A program made the position numbers and the translations under genes. Positions 1 through 11,958 of a stretch of DNA of 64,000 bases are shown here, piece by piece. Location of the stretch: the NCBI GenBank assembly GCA_028534125.1, contig CM052817.1, positions 62,746,001 through 62,810,000 of the forward strand. Direction: 5' to 3'. Every line of letters starts with the position of its first letter. The stretch's first letter is position 1. The DNA is from Lama glama (taxonomy: Eukaryota). Below the pieces are notes generated by a model. That model did no database searches, had not been told where the DNA came from, and saw only the letters and a program-made list of their open reading frames with translations.

Positions 1-329
1 TTCTAACTTCTCCTATTTGGTTTACGGTAATTCTATTCTTCTCAATTACCTCGTCTCCACGTGCCTGCATAGCATTTGACTTCTCTCTGCTCTTCACTTC
101 CTGTATCTAATCATTTCTCAGGGCAGTTTTCTCATTGGTATTTTGATTCTGTCTTTTCCTTTCAGGTGGTTTTCTTCCCTATTCTAGTTGTTCTTCATGT
201 TTGGCCTTAACTCTTTCCTTTTTTCTTTTCTTTTCTTTTTTTTTTTGGTTTGGCTGGTTATCAAAATAATTCTTATTCACAGTAAAAAATAAACTGTAAT
301 GAAATTTGAAGTTCTCTGCCAGCACAAAT

Positions 330-660
330 ACTTCATTCCTTCTATTACCACAGTTTTATGTGGATCAGTCCAAAAATTATCATTCATGCACACAAATATA
401 TTTCCAAATCATTTCTAAAGTAGCCGAAACAATATAATCTTTAACTAGCAATGTATGAAAATGTTATTTCCCCACACTCTTCCAACCCTTCTGTTATCAT
501 GCCTTATTATTTGCCAGTCTGTTCTCTTATTGTTGTTTTAATTTGCATTTTATTATTTATAAATAAGATTGAGCATCTATTCATATGCTTATAAGTAATT
601 TGTGTCACTTTTTCTGTGAAATGCCTGTACATATTGTCTTCTATTTTTTTCCTTCTTGTA
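330..660 (-). mobile_element. Old L1 (L1M/L1ME-like) ORF2 3'-end fragment
   Basis: Typical antisense L1 motifs: 'gttttaatttgcatttt', 'gattgagcatctattcatatgctta', 'ttctgtgaaatgcctgtacata'. Boundaries approximate. Confidence 0.7.
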
Positions 661-811
661 TCACTGCCTCAAGCCTCTTTTGGCTTCTATGATGATTACA
701 AATCTTACTAATTCACATTTCCAGAACATTGCCTACTTAAAATATTTTAAATTATTGTTGATGTTTCAACTGTTCAAAATTGAAACCTCCTGGTACCAGT
801 ATACAAGTCAA

Positions 812-1100
812 AGTTCTTAAGTACAGGCCTTAGGAAGCAGAAATCTGAATGATTTTAGCTGAAATGCATTTCCTTGGAAGGATATTGAGAAACTCAGAAT
901 CTATGGCAGGGCTTGAGAATCATACCTGGATGTCACACATTTTGGGGAAAAAAGTACTTGAAATTATGTTGCTAAAACCTTTCATCAAAGATACCAGTGA
1001 TATTGCTCTGATACCATCAATACTGAAAAATGGTTGCTGTCAGTGGAGCAAAACCTGCGGATAACTTTGGAAAATATGTGTTAGCTGACCCCTTTGCTAC
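812..1100 (-). mobile_element. Possible ancient ERVL-class LTR fragment (LTR16-like)
   Basis: 'ttaggaagcagaaatctga...' weakly resembles the reverse-complement end of the LTR16-type element at 36550-37005. Very diverged. Confidence 0.3.
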
Positions 1101-1499
1101 CATACCTAGCTGGTCATTCACTTCAGATTAAAGAGCTGGGATGTAGCCATCTGGTTGCCCTACACCCTGTACCTGAGCTCCACATTCAGGAGAAACACAG
1201 AAAGCAATTCTCTAACACTTTTCATTTCTAGAGTTGGATGTGTGCTTTGCTTCACAAGTCAGTGGATTCTCCACATATAGGAAGGGCTTCAAAAGCTGAA
1301 CACCACGAAGAATGACAGATTCTACTAAGGTTGCTCTTAATTCCCTAATATGCCCTCACTTTATATGAAGAGGTATTTGTTTCATTCTTAACATAGCCTA
1401 AGGTCATCCCACCTAGACATAGCCGTTGCTAATGCACACGCTGAAGTTTTTGCATCCCTCCTTTTTGCTTCTCTTTTGTTTTTTTTTTGTCTAGACTGC

Positions 1500-1750
1500 T
1501 TACTTTTGGTCATTCTATCCACTTTTAAAATTTTGACTTCAAATATCTTTTCTTTGAGGCTCCCCTAATAGTTCCCCTTCTCTCAACTGTCATACAATTT
1601 GATCCCACCAAACAATAATACCCACTGAATTCTGCCTTGTCCGGAAATTGCTCTAATATGCACTGTCTCATCCTATTACTCTGTAAGCACCAATTTTATA
1701 GGGACAGTGCCATTTCATTTTTCAATGCATTAAAATATTCAGAAGACTTA
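1500..1750 (+). mobile_element. L2 3' fragment
   Basis: 'ctgtctcatcctattactctgtaagcacc...agggacagtg' resembles the L2 3' terminal region. Confidence 0.45.
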
Positions 1751-1796
1751 GATATTAATTTAAAGAACTCATGAAAAATAGATTTATACTTCCTTG

Positions 1797-2210
1797 CCAT
1801 TCATTTACTCATTCAGCAAATATGTATTAAATTCCTACTATATATGCCAACATTCTGCTTAGAGCTAAAGATATAATGATGAACAAGATTGATTCAATGT
1901 TTTACAGATTTAGAAACTAAAAACCAAATTACAACACCAATAAAACAAACAAAATACAAGTAAATAAAAATTTCAGTAACATTTTTAATGCTTAAAATAT
2001 GTTGTGGAAACTGATTTCCTATGTAAAGAGCAGTTTGGAGAAGTGCAAGAGGGAAGTGGTGTGATTAGTTAGAAGGCGTAATTGGCATGTAAATGAAAGA
2101 TGACAACTGCATGAATTAAAGTGGTAGCGACTGAGATGGAAAGAAGCAAATACATGTTGCAGGTGAAACTGAGAGGAACTAATGATGATCTGGATATTGC
2201 CTATGAAAGA
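1797..2210 (-). mobile_element. L2 3' end, antisense
   Basis: Starts with the L2 tail 'cattcatttactcattcagcaaatatgtatt...ctactatatatgcca'; purine-rich L2-like body 'aaagtggtagcgactgagatggaaagaag'. Confidence 0.7.
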
Positions 2211-2396
2211 AAATGCTAAAGACTAAACTCCACTGCATTTCAACAGACCTAATTTTTTTTTTCCAGCAGCACTTTTATCACTATTAACTCCTTGACCTTC
2301 TACCATACTCTTTTGTCTTCCCAGGGTATTGTACATTGCAAGAGATCATTGTATTGAGAACACTGCCAACCTATAATTTTCAAATTCAGTTGATCC

Positions 2397-3278
2397 TATA
2401 ATAGTAGAGATATATTGGGAGATTAAAAACCACAATTTGACCAGGGAGAGATGAAATATAAACAGTTACTAACTATGGTTAGTGAGCAAATATAAAGGGT
2501 AACAAGAACTCTAAAGAATGTCTTAAGGCTGAAAGGCACACAACCAAGGAAGGAACACATTTGGAAGGAAGCTCCCATCCCAAGGCTGGGATTCAGATCT
2601 CACTGGAGGAAGTGTGCATACTGGATGGCGGAGAATTTTGCTGAGCTTGCCCACAGTCACTGGGCAAGCATGAAATATCTTTTATGATATGTGGGCTAAA
2701 GGTGGCAAGTCAGAAACACCTCTCCAGAGTACGAATCGGCTGAGATTGGCAGAGATATGAGGAGAACGGATATACAGGAAGCAGCAGCTGCGACTGGCAA
2801 GCAGGAAACACCTTTCCAGGGTGCAAGTGGACTGAAATTGGCAGACTAAGGTACAAATTTATTCAGGGCTTTCTCAGCCTTCTCTGTGGCTGGACAGCAC
2901 AAGGTCTACCTCGTACATTGCCTGCATGAGTGGGCCACTGTATGTTGCCCACACATCTACTGAGGTTGAGGACTCAAGCTTGCTGTGAGACTGCACACTC
3001 CGGGTGCAAAGCTGGGACTGACCATCACTGGATGTCCCTCTCCCACGCTACTACAAACCATGCAATAGGAACAAAAAGAAGCAAAAGGAAAGATACAATA
3101 ACCAGGAACAAAAACTCTTGGTAATGTTCCTCTGGTGCCCCCTACTATCAAAATTTAAGGTTGTACTTAGAGCGAAAAAAAAAAAAAGCAATGCTCACAA
3201 GCACAAGTTCCATTATCACTGTGCGGGTTATTGAGGATGAATTAACAGCTGACAGGAAATACACTGATAACTGGAAGA
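2397..3278 (-). mobile_element. ERVL-class 3' LTR (LTR41/LTR52-like)
   Basis: On the minus strand it follows a PPT-like 'agccaaagagatgaac' and begins 'tcttccagttatcagtgtatttcctgtcagct'. It ends 'tttatatttcatctctccctggtcaaattgtggttt'. Directly downstream of the ERVL dUTPase remnant. Confidence 0.65.
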
Positions 3279-3972
3279 GTTCATCTCTTTGGCTACTTGA
3301 CTTCCAGATGCTTCTGCTATACACATTCAAACTTTTGTAGGACAATAACACCATTCTGTTGTTCCACCTAACAAGATATAGTTGTCTTTCTCAGAAGTGA
3401 GGTTTTCACCATTCCCCCAAACAATAAGATATAACCATAATATTTCATCACAGAATCTTTGAAAATTTCATAATCTAAACACTAAATGTGAAAGTTATTC
3501 TCCTAACAATTGTATACAAAATAAAAAGAAACAAGAAGACGGAGTGATAAAAATAACATGGTTTGTAGGTATAATTAAACATATACCTAAAACAAGCAGA
3601 GAAAATAAATGCAAACATAGTCTTTCTTTCTGCAACTGGTCACAAGGCTGTAATATTTAGGGATTCCTTCTTCTGTTCTTCATAATGTACTTCGCTTGCA
3701 CTCGTTCAGAACCTCAGCAGTCAGTGAGGTACAAAGCACAGTCCCCACCATCAGAGACTCTCCCGGGTTTCAGACACAGTTTTCTTTGCCTCAGTTTTTT
3801 AACAGCAATACAATTACCTCATGATAATCGAGAACACTTCTTCCAAATAGGAAGACTTTTTTTTTTTTTTTTTTTTGCTTTTGGTTGAGTGGCATAGGGT
3901 GTTCAGAATGGTTAGGGGGCAGTCTTACCTTCAAATTGAACGTATCCATTACTTGAACTTTTCCAGGAAGTA
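3279..3972 (-). mobile_element. ERVL internal 3' region with decayed dUTPase
   Basis: Minus ORF 3791-4072 contains LLPG..FNLKVRLPPNHSEHPMPLNQKQKK..DYHEVIVLLLKN, matching the ERVL dUTPase motif (LPPG..LNWKLRLPPGHFGLL.PL.QQAKK..DYQ.EI.LLLHN). Downstream 'AEVL..EEG..gtgaccagttgcaga' matches the ERVL pol/dUTPase C-terminus. Confidence 0.8.
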
Positions 3973-4428
3973 GTATAAGCAGCCATCCAACTTGGGACAC
4001 AGACCCAGCAGATACCATGGCACCTGAGTATCTGTGTAGAAAAACATTCGTGTTGAGCCTGTGACAAGTCACTACGAGAGATTCACAGTACAGATCCTTA
4101 GGGTTCTAGAACAAGCCCTTTCTGTGTGTAGCAGAGATTATTATTTCAAAAGTAGCTCTTAGTTATTAGATCTTATTAGGGACCAGGCATATGACAATGG
4201 GACACCAATAGTGACTCTGATAAAACTGCTCATCATGAGCTACCTTGTGGACAACCCACAAAGTTGTAAAGTCTGGTGGCCCCAGCAGGAAAACATTACA
4301 AAATGGAAGTGTATATATTTGGAGTCAGGTTTGAAGGCCAAAGTAAACTGCACAGAAGTGGTCTAGACCCCAGCGACATCCACCACCAGTGCATTGATGC
4401 CACCCTCCAGCTCATACCTATGGTTTCA
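3973..4428 (+). mobile_element. ERVL pol remnant (RT connection/tether region), inverted relative to the adjacent segment
   Basis: Plus-strand translation across frameshifts and stops gives DPADTM..LSL*Q..DSQYRSLGF*NK..MTMGHQ..LLIMS..QQENITKWK..EGQSKLH. This matches ERVL pol DPADPM..WSLWQ..ESQRRPLGFWSK..LTMGHQ..LPIMN..QQHSIIKWK..EGTSKLH. Confidence 0.85.
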
Positions 4429-4479
4429 AAGCAAAGTAGAGGAAACAAGTCATTCAGGAACAGGATTTAGAAATAGGGA

Positions 4480-4780
4480 AACTAGAAGAAAAATAGGATG
4501 GCTGGAAGAAGAATGGGAGTAGGTAGTAATAAGAGACAAAGCTGGAGAGAGGAAGAAAAGTCTATCATGAATGGCCTTGAAAGCATGTTAAAGGATTTTA
4601 AACTTAACCGTAAGGGCCACTATAGAAGTTTTTCAGTTGGGTTAATCCATAAACAATACTGTGTTTTAGAAAAATCACTCTGGCTTCATTATACTCAATG
4701 GAAGATATGTGGGAGGCAAGAGAGGGAAGAAATGTCTTTTAAGAGGTCACTGCAATAATTAGACAGGAGCTGAGGATAGT
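4480..4780 (-). mobile_element. L2 fragment
   Basis: 'ggccttgaaagcatgttaaaggattttaaactt', 'tgtgttttagaaaaatcactctggct', 'ttaagaggtcactgcaataat' are characteristic antisense L2. Confidence 0.75.
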
Positions 4781-5569
4781 CATTATAACTTTTCATCTTT
4801 ATGTATGCATGTTCCTTTTGCTAAAAGTCTACAGAAAACATCTACTTGTCACTATAAGTACTGTATCCCTCTCCCTCTTACAAAAGTAGCATTTCAGAGA
4901 AAATGTTGTTTTAGCTCAAAGACTAATCATCCACATGTAAACAACTAATATGTAAACTCAGTCTGTATGATTTTCAAGCTAGTGTCCTCACAGGAGCACC
5001 CATGGGGAAGGCAGACATAGCATACATTGATAAATGAAAATGCAACACAGGTGGGAACCCCTAACAACAGCTGAATAAAATGTCTTAAAATCATTGTAGA
5101 CAGTAACTTATTCCACAAATGGATTAAATTATCATAAAGTCCTAAGACAGAGAATTTTGTTATTTACCTGGGCATTTTTCACTACTGCATATTGTTATTT
5201 ATGAGGAACCCTGTATCTGGAAGACTGCCAATTATAAAAAAATTCATTGTTTTGTCTATGTTGCTTAAGTGTAAAATAATACATATGTATATCTACTTTT
5301 GTCCCCAGGACAAGATTTTGCTGTATATTATTCATTCCCCAATTTCTCAGACAAAGAGTATTTGCTAATTGTGTGATAAACCAGCTTTTAAAAATAGCTG
5401 AATTATATTACTGTCTTTCATCTATATTTTTGTCTTTATTTTTGTTTTTAAAAAATCAGTACAAGTTCATTAGATAAAAATTTCTAGATCTAAAGAATTA
5501 TAGAATGTATAAAGTGAGACTTTTCAATAGTTAGGTGTATCTTTTTAGACAATTTCTTTGACAGATGTG

Positions 5570-6290
5570 AGATTCCATCATAACCACTGTATTTGCAAAA
5601 TGTTTAAATCTTATAAGACAAAGTGCTATCTAGAAAGAACAATTACATATTCCATACACTGCTAACAGGAATATATAATTTTACAATTACTTTAAAAAAT
5701 TGGAAGAAGTTGTCCAGTAGAGCATATACATACTCTGTAACTCAGTTGTGGTTCAACTCTTTAGCACATAGCCTGGAGAAATACTTGCAAGCGTTTACCA
5801 GGTTATATATGTTATATATGTGTACATATAAAATATTTATTCCAGAAGCATAGTTTAATTAGAAAAAATTAAATAAACCATTGTCTACACAAAAGAAGCT
5901 AGATTAATAAATTGTGATATAGTATTATCTTGAGTGGAATACCATACAGTAGTGAAAATGAATGAACTATAACTACAACCCGACAAAAATGAATGAACTA
6001 CAAATTGGATTAAATTCACAAACACTACTTGACAAAAAATAAGTTAAAGAATACAAAATGTGTGCTTGTATTCAGATAAAGTTCAAAGACATACAAATCC
6101 AAATACTATATTGTTTAGGGATATGCTCACAAGAGGAGAAACACTAAGAAAAAGTAAGGAAATCATAATCTCAGGAGTCAGGATAGTGCTTAGAATATGG
6201 AGAGTCCCTAGTGTTCTTCCTGTACACTAGAAGCATGCTATTATTGAAATTTGGAAGAAAGCACACAAGTGCTTAATTTATTATCTTAAA
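5570..6290 (+). mobile_element. L1ME-like ORF2 end/3' UTR
   Basis: 'ggaataccatacagtagtgaaaatgaatgaacta', 'aaatactatattgtttagggata', 'ggaaatcataatctcaggagtcaggatagtg'. Probably resumes at about 6750-6840 after the nested antisense L1. Confidence 0.75.
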
Positions 6291-6299
6291 ATATATTTT

Positions 6300-6750
6300 A
6301 AAATTATATATAGTAAAATTTACTTTTTTTTAGTATATGATTCTATTTTGTTTTGAAAAATGCGTAGAGTTACACAACCAATAACAAAATCAAGATGCAG
6401 CACAGTTCAACACCTGCATCTGCCCTGCCTGCCCCTGCCAAGTTCCTTGTGCTACTTCCTTTGGAGACAAATCCGCTCCAACCATTAACCCTTGGCACCT
6501 ACTGATCTATAATCCATCCCTAGCATTTTGCCTTTTATAGAATAAATTATAAATGGAGTCATAAAGTATGTACCCTTTTGATTCTGACTTCTTTCAGTTA
6601 GCATAATATATTTGGGAATTACCCATGTTTTTGCACAGATCAATAAGTTGTTCCTTTTAATTGCTAAATAGTATTCCCATGTATGTATATACTACTACTG
6701 GTTTATCTGCTTCCAAGGGGAAGAAAAATTTGGAATGCTTCTAGGTTTTG
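6300..6750 (-). mobile_element. L1MD/L1ME1-like 3' UTR, nested antisense
   Basis: 'cccttggcacctactgatct', 'ataaatggagtcataaagtatgtaccctttt', 'ttttaattgctaaatagtattccca'. Confidence 0.8.
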
Positions 6751-7024
6751 CCTCATTTTACATTTATTCTTGATATATTACCCATATTTTAAGTATCATT
6801 TTATGTGTTTTTGATATTTAATAAAATTATTTAAAATGAAACAAAGGAAAAGCCTTTTGACACATACTACCAATAATTATAAAATTCATTTAAGTCTAAA
6901 ACTGAATATTGCAAAACATAATAATATATACTGCTATTTTAAGGCAAAAAAGCACAAAAGAACAAAGGAGACAAAGATATTCTGTTATAAATATTTTGTG
7001 ACCTCACTGGTACTTATTTTCATG

Positions 7025-8290
7025 ATTTAATGGAAAAAGGACAATATTTTCAACAATATTATGCATTACATTTGGAGGACCATATACAAAAGAAAAAAAT
7101 GTACCTCAACTTAAACCTCACACCTTACATGAAAATTAACTCAAAATGGATCATATATTAAATGTAAATTATGAAATATAAAACTTTAGAAGAAAACGTA
7201 ACAAAATCTTTGTGACCTGCAATTAGGCAGAGTTCTTAAAATTGACACCAAAATCACAATTCACAAAAGAAAACAAAGGCTAAAACATCAAAATTAAAGC
7301 ATTAGCTTTGTTAAAAATATGGTTACAAATATAAAAAGACAAGCTACAAAACTGGGAGAAAATATTTGCAAATCACATGTATTACAATGAATTGCATTCC
7401 TAATATATGAAGAATTCTCAAAACTCAACACTGAGGAAACAAACTCCAATTTAAAATAGGCAAAATAATTAAGCAGACACTTCACCAAAGAGTATATATA
7501 GATGGTAAATAAGGTCGTGAAAATAAGTTCCATACTGGTAATCATTAAAGAAATACAAATTAAATCCATGATAACAAATCACTATACACATATAAGAAAG
7601 AGTAAATTAAAAAAATTGCTCATACTACAAAGTGCAGGAAAGGACATGGAGCAACTTGGATTCGCATATGTTATTGGTGGAAGGCAAAATGGTACAGCCA
7701 CTCAAGAAAAGTTTTGCAGGTTCTTGTGTGATTAAGCAAATACTTGACTTATTACCCTGTAATCCCACTCCTGGTATTACCCTAGAGAAACAGAATATTT
7801 TGTTGGCCCCAAAATCTGTACTTGAATGTTTGTAGCAGCTCCTTTTATAATCACAATACCTGGGAACCAACCAACTGTCTTAACAGATGAGTGGATAAAC
7901 GACTGTGGTAAGTCATACAGTAGAATACTACTCAGTAATAAAAAGAAGAAAACGGTTGATACGAACGAAAAAAAAAAAAAAAAAACCTTGGACTACTCTA
8001 AAATGCCTCATGTTGAGTGAAAGGAGCAAGTTTCAAAAGGTTCCACACTATAGGATTCTATGTATGGTATTCTCTCATAGACAAAACGAGTAATGGAGAA
8101 AAGATTGGTGTGTGCTGGGATTCGTGTTTGAGGAGAGAGTGTAATTATAAAGGGACAGCATGAAGGACTTCTCGGAGTAATAAAATTGTTCTATATCTTC
8201 ATTGTTGAGATGCTTCTGTGAACTTATAGATGTACTATAATGCATAAAACTTTATACTACTAAATTGTCAGTTTTATTGCAATAATACAA
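7025..8290 (+). mobile_element. L1MC/L1MD-like ORF2 C-terminus plus 3' UTR
   Basis: 'aaaattaactcaaaatggatcata', 'ctgggagaaaatatttgcaaatcac', 'agacacttcaccaaaga', 'gatgagtggataaac'. Many stops and frameshifts. Confidence 0.9.
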
Positions 8291-8319
8291 AAATACAGAG
8301 TCACAAAATATTTGTACGG

Positions 8320-9800
8320 ACTAAATCCATGGAACCTTTTCATTTCTTCTCTCACCTGACTTCTCAACCAAAGTTGCCTTTAATGACTAAACTTTCCGTC
8401 TTCACACCTTCTATTTCCATGGATTGCAGCTTCACATTGTTCTGGTTTTCCTCTCATTTTTTTTTCTCTAAATATACTTTGTAGATTTATGCTTCACTTC
8501 ATCAACATTAAATGCCAAAGCTTTTCCAGGTTCAGTACTATTTTTATTTTCCTTTCACTACCTCCTATGCCTTCTTCTACTATAAAAAATAACAGTATTT
8601 TCAATTTTGTATTTTGTCTGGACAGATCCTCCATGCTTTACATACCTGTTCAACTACTGGGCGTTTCACAGGCACCGTTATATATGGCATGTTCATACTG
8701 AAATCATAAACTTCCCCAAAAGTCTTCCTTCAAACTCCTCCTTCAAAAGTCTTACTCTTTTTATTCCATGATTCCCTATCTTCATGAATCATTCTTCCAA
8801 TTTTGTTGTGAAAGTCAGAACTTAGGATTCACTCTGTGATCTCTTTTTACCTTACCTCCCATGTCTAATGAGCCAATAATTACTGCTGTATATTCTTCCT
8901 AAATAGCTGCTGAGTGCCTCCACTTATTTCCAGCTACACCATCATCTCTCACCTAGACAGCTGCAGTAATCTGTGCTACCCTTTTTTCTCCCTCTTTCTC
9001 TTCCTCTTCTCCTTCTTTCACCATGCAAAAATAGTTGATTCCTTCTTATTGCTTAGTATGATTTATATCACATTGTTTATCAATTCACCTGTTATATCAC
9101 ATTGTTTATCCATTCACTCGCTTTGTTTGTTACAGCCCCATACTGCCATTTTCCCAGAATCGTCTCTCTGTGGTAACTTCTTAACTGGTATTCCTGCAGG
9201 GACACTTGCCTGCCTTTAGTCTCTTACCTAAATACTAGTTATTTTAAACTTTTCAAAATGCTTGCTCTTAAAAATCCTTTACTTACAGTTTCTACTAAAG
9301 ATAAAATCTTTTGAAGCCTTACTGTAGTAAATGCCTACCTACCTTGTTAGCATCATCTCATACCACTTTTCTGCTCTTATTTTCCTAGCCAAATCTGCCT
9401 TCTTTCTGTATCCAAATACATCAGTGTTATTTCCCATTTAACTTTATGTATGTTTCTCCCCTCTTCCTAAAAGTCTCTTCTCCAGTCCTTTTGACCTAGT
9501 TAATATCTACTGATTCTTAAATCTCAACTAAATGTCCATTTCTCAGAGAAATTCTCCTTACATATCACTCCTTCATGATTCATGTTCACACACATACACA
9601 CATTGTCAAGGCCGTCTTTTATTTTCTTCACACCATTTGTCTTATTTTAAATTACATGTTTATTTGTGTCATTAGTTAATTATCGTATTTTCCACTTCTG
9701 GATCGTAAGTTCAAGAAGAGCAAAAGCTGTGTCCATATTGCTTTATGCTGCAATCCTGGGGTCTAGAATAGTGCACAGCACACCGTCATCATTTGATTAA
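8320..9800 (+). mobile_element. L2 (L2a-like) long 3' fragment; contains a small antisense L1 piece at about 9030-9120
   Basis: Pyrimidine-rich L2 body ('ctggttttcctctca', 'accatcatctctcacctagacagctgcagtaat') ending 'gtctagaatagtgcacagcaca'. Confidence 0.8.
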
Positions 9801-10129
9801 TATCACACAGATATCCTGTTTCTTCTGCCATGAGACAGCTGCTGTGTGGAAGGACTGATTTCCCGATTTCTCTCTCAACCTGAAGTTAATCACGTGAGAG
9901 ACTCTTATCTCGATCTGCCCTAACTTCCTCATTCACATAGTCCAACGCATAGCAATATTTTATTAATCTTCAGAGAACACTGCTGGGATCATGCTACTTT
10001 CTTGCTCATATACCATGTCTCTGAATCATTGACTCCCCATTGACTAGAAGGTAATTCCGTTTCTTGATACATTGGTATGGAAATCTTGTCTCTCTCACCA
10101 GACTGAATATTCACTGTCCACAAACACTG

Positions 10130-10585
10130 CAATTGATCTACTCTCTCTGAAGGTTTCCTCCTACCATGTGTCTTGCTTGAATTGCCTTCCAATATTCCTG
10201 CTAATTTCCTTGTTAGCCTTCACCCTCTCTGTGGCTTACCATCACCACTCACCCAAATCCGTTATGTGATTTCAGACCACTAAAGTCCTGAGTTCTTCTC
10301 TCAGCATCCCAATATAAAGTGATGTTTCTGTCTTCTGAATGCCTAATGTGCTCGCCTCATTTTCAGCAATTAATCACTTACTTCTGGTTACTTCCTCTCC
10401 TAATGGTGCCTTCACTCTCATTTAAATCTATTACTATAGTTAGGTTTTGTACTAATGTCTTGCATTTCCAAGTGGATAGGTCTTAAGCATTTTAAGAGCA
10501 GGAACTGCTGATGTTTCTTTGTATCCTCAAATGCACCCACCATAGTGGCTTTCCTATGATGTGGGCTCATACATATTTTGATTTG
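10130..10585 (+). mobile_element. L2 (older subfamily) 3' fragment
   Basis: Ends 'gagcaggaactg...tctttgtatcctc...catagtggct...gggctcatacatattttg', typical of the L2 terminus. Confidence 0.55.
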
Positions 10586-11906
10586 ATTTGATTTTACTGA
10601 AATTGTTCCAGGCTATGCAACTGTGTTCTGCACAATAATTGCTGCTTTTTCAAAATGAGCCATATCAGCTTTTGAGCACAGTATGAAAAGCAGTAACTAA
10701 ATTGAGGCATTAGACAATTATGGCAGAAAGATGAGATGAGTAAAAGCTGGGGTGGGAGAGGGGAGATGAGTGAGTATAGAACAAAAAGGAAAAATATGAC
10801 AGAAAACCAAAATAGACCATTTCTCTGGTATCATCATTTCATGTCAATCAATAGAAAAGACAATTTTGGCTTGAAGAAACAATAAATGGTGATAGAAGGC
10901 AGTCAGATTTTCTGACCTAAAGGGAAGAAATAAAGGAAAAGAATATGGAGACATGGCTTTTGCTTTGAAAGTTTGACCCTGACTTTTTGTCATTAAGGGT
11001 AGAGTGGATTTCTTGGACCAGTTCCTGAATAGAAGTCAGTAGCGAGGATGTCATCAGTCTGTCTGCCTGTTACTAGCAAAGGCATTGCGACAAATTCAGC
11101 ATTTGTAAATGTGGAGTAAGACAGACATGCTCTCAAAGGTTGAACTGAATATTAAAACTGGGAATTTTCTGTTATTAAGACTCAAGGAAAACATCTTTTT
11201 CTGAGTTTTATGTGACCATGTTCTCACTATTTTTTGACATATATTCTTTTTCCACCTGTCTTACCCCTTGTCTTATAGCTCATGAAAGGAATATTATGCA
11301 GTTTGATTACAAATTATGTTTCCATTATCAAAGAAATAAAACACTGTATTTTGAAAACAGTCCCTCTAATAGCCTGCTGCTCAAAAAAATAGGGACAAAT
11401 TCTAAGAGTAGCCAGGATACCATGCATACACACATATATGTATGTACATATATATGTGCGTGTGTATATATTTATGTATATGACTAGAAACACGTATCAA
11501 TATGACAAATTTAAAATATTCCAATCTACTCTGATATTTTCAATCCTAATGTCCTTTTTCAGTTACATTAGTTTAATCTTTTTAAACACTTTTTTTTCCC
11601 TTTCCTTTGATTCATTCTGGTTGAATGAACTGAAATTAGTTTCAAATCATAGGGTGAAATATTAAAGTAATATGTGAGCAACTGATGAAAATAGATTTCT
11701 GTAGTAAAAGTAGAACTGAATTGCTAAAAAATATAAAGTTGTGATCTTTTCAAATTATTAATATGGTACTATTTTAATGATGGGCAGCACAAAGAACCCT
11801 CCTATCTGAAGGCATCTAAAGCCGAACAACCTTGTTTTTTCCTGCCATGATGTTTTCCATCCCTTCTTTGTGTACTCTTCCCAATTTTCCAGAACCAACC
11901 CCTTCA

Positions 11907-11937
<31 letters not shown>

Positions 11938-11958
11938 CAACACACACATACACATACA
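11907..11958. repeat. (AC)14 microsatellite with imperfect extension
   Basis: Perfect (AC)14 at 11907-11934 followed by acac/atac units. Confidence 0.95.

Noticed and set aside
9063..9117. 29-bp-period tandem duplication (similar ones at about 5955-6003 and 50011-50048)
   Set aside because: Two-copy slippage duplications inside L1 fragments; ordinary.
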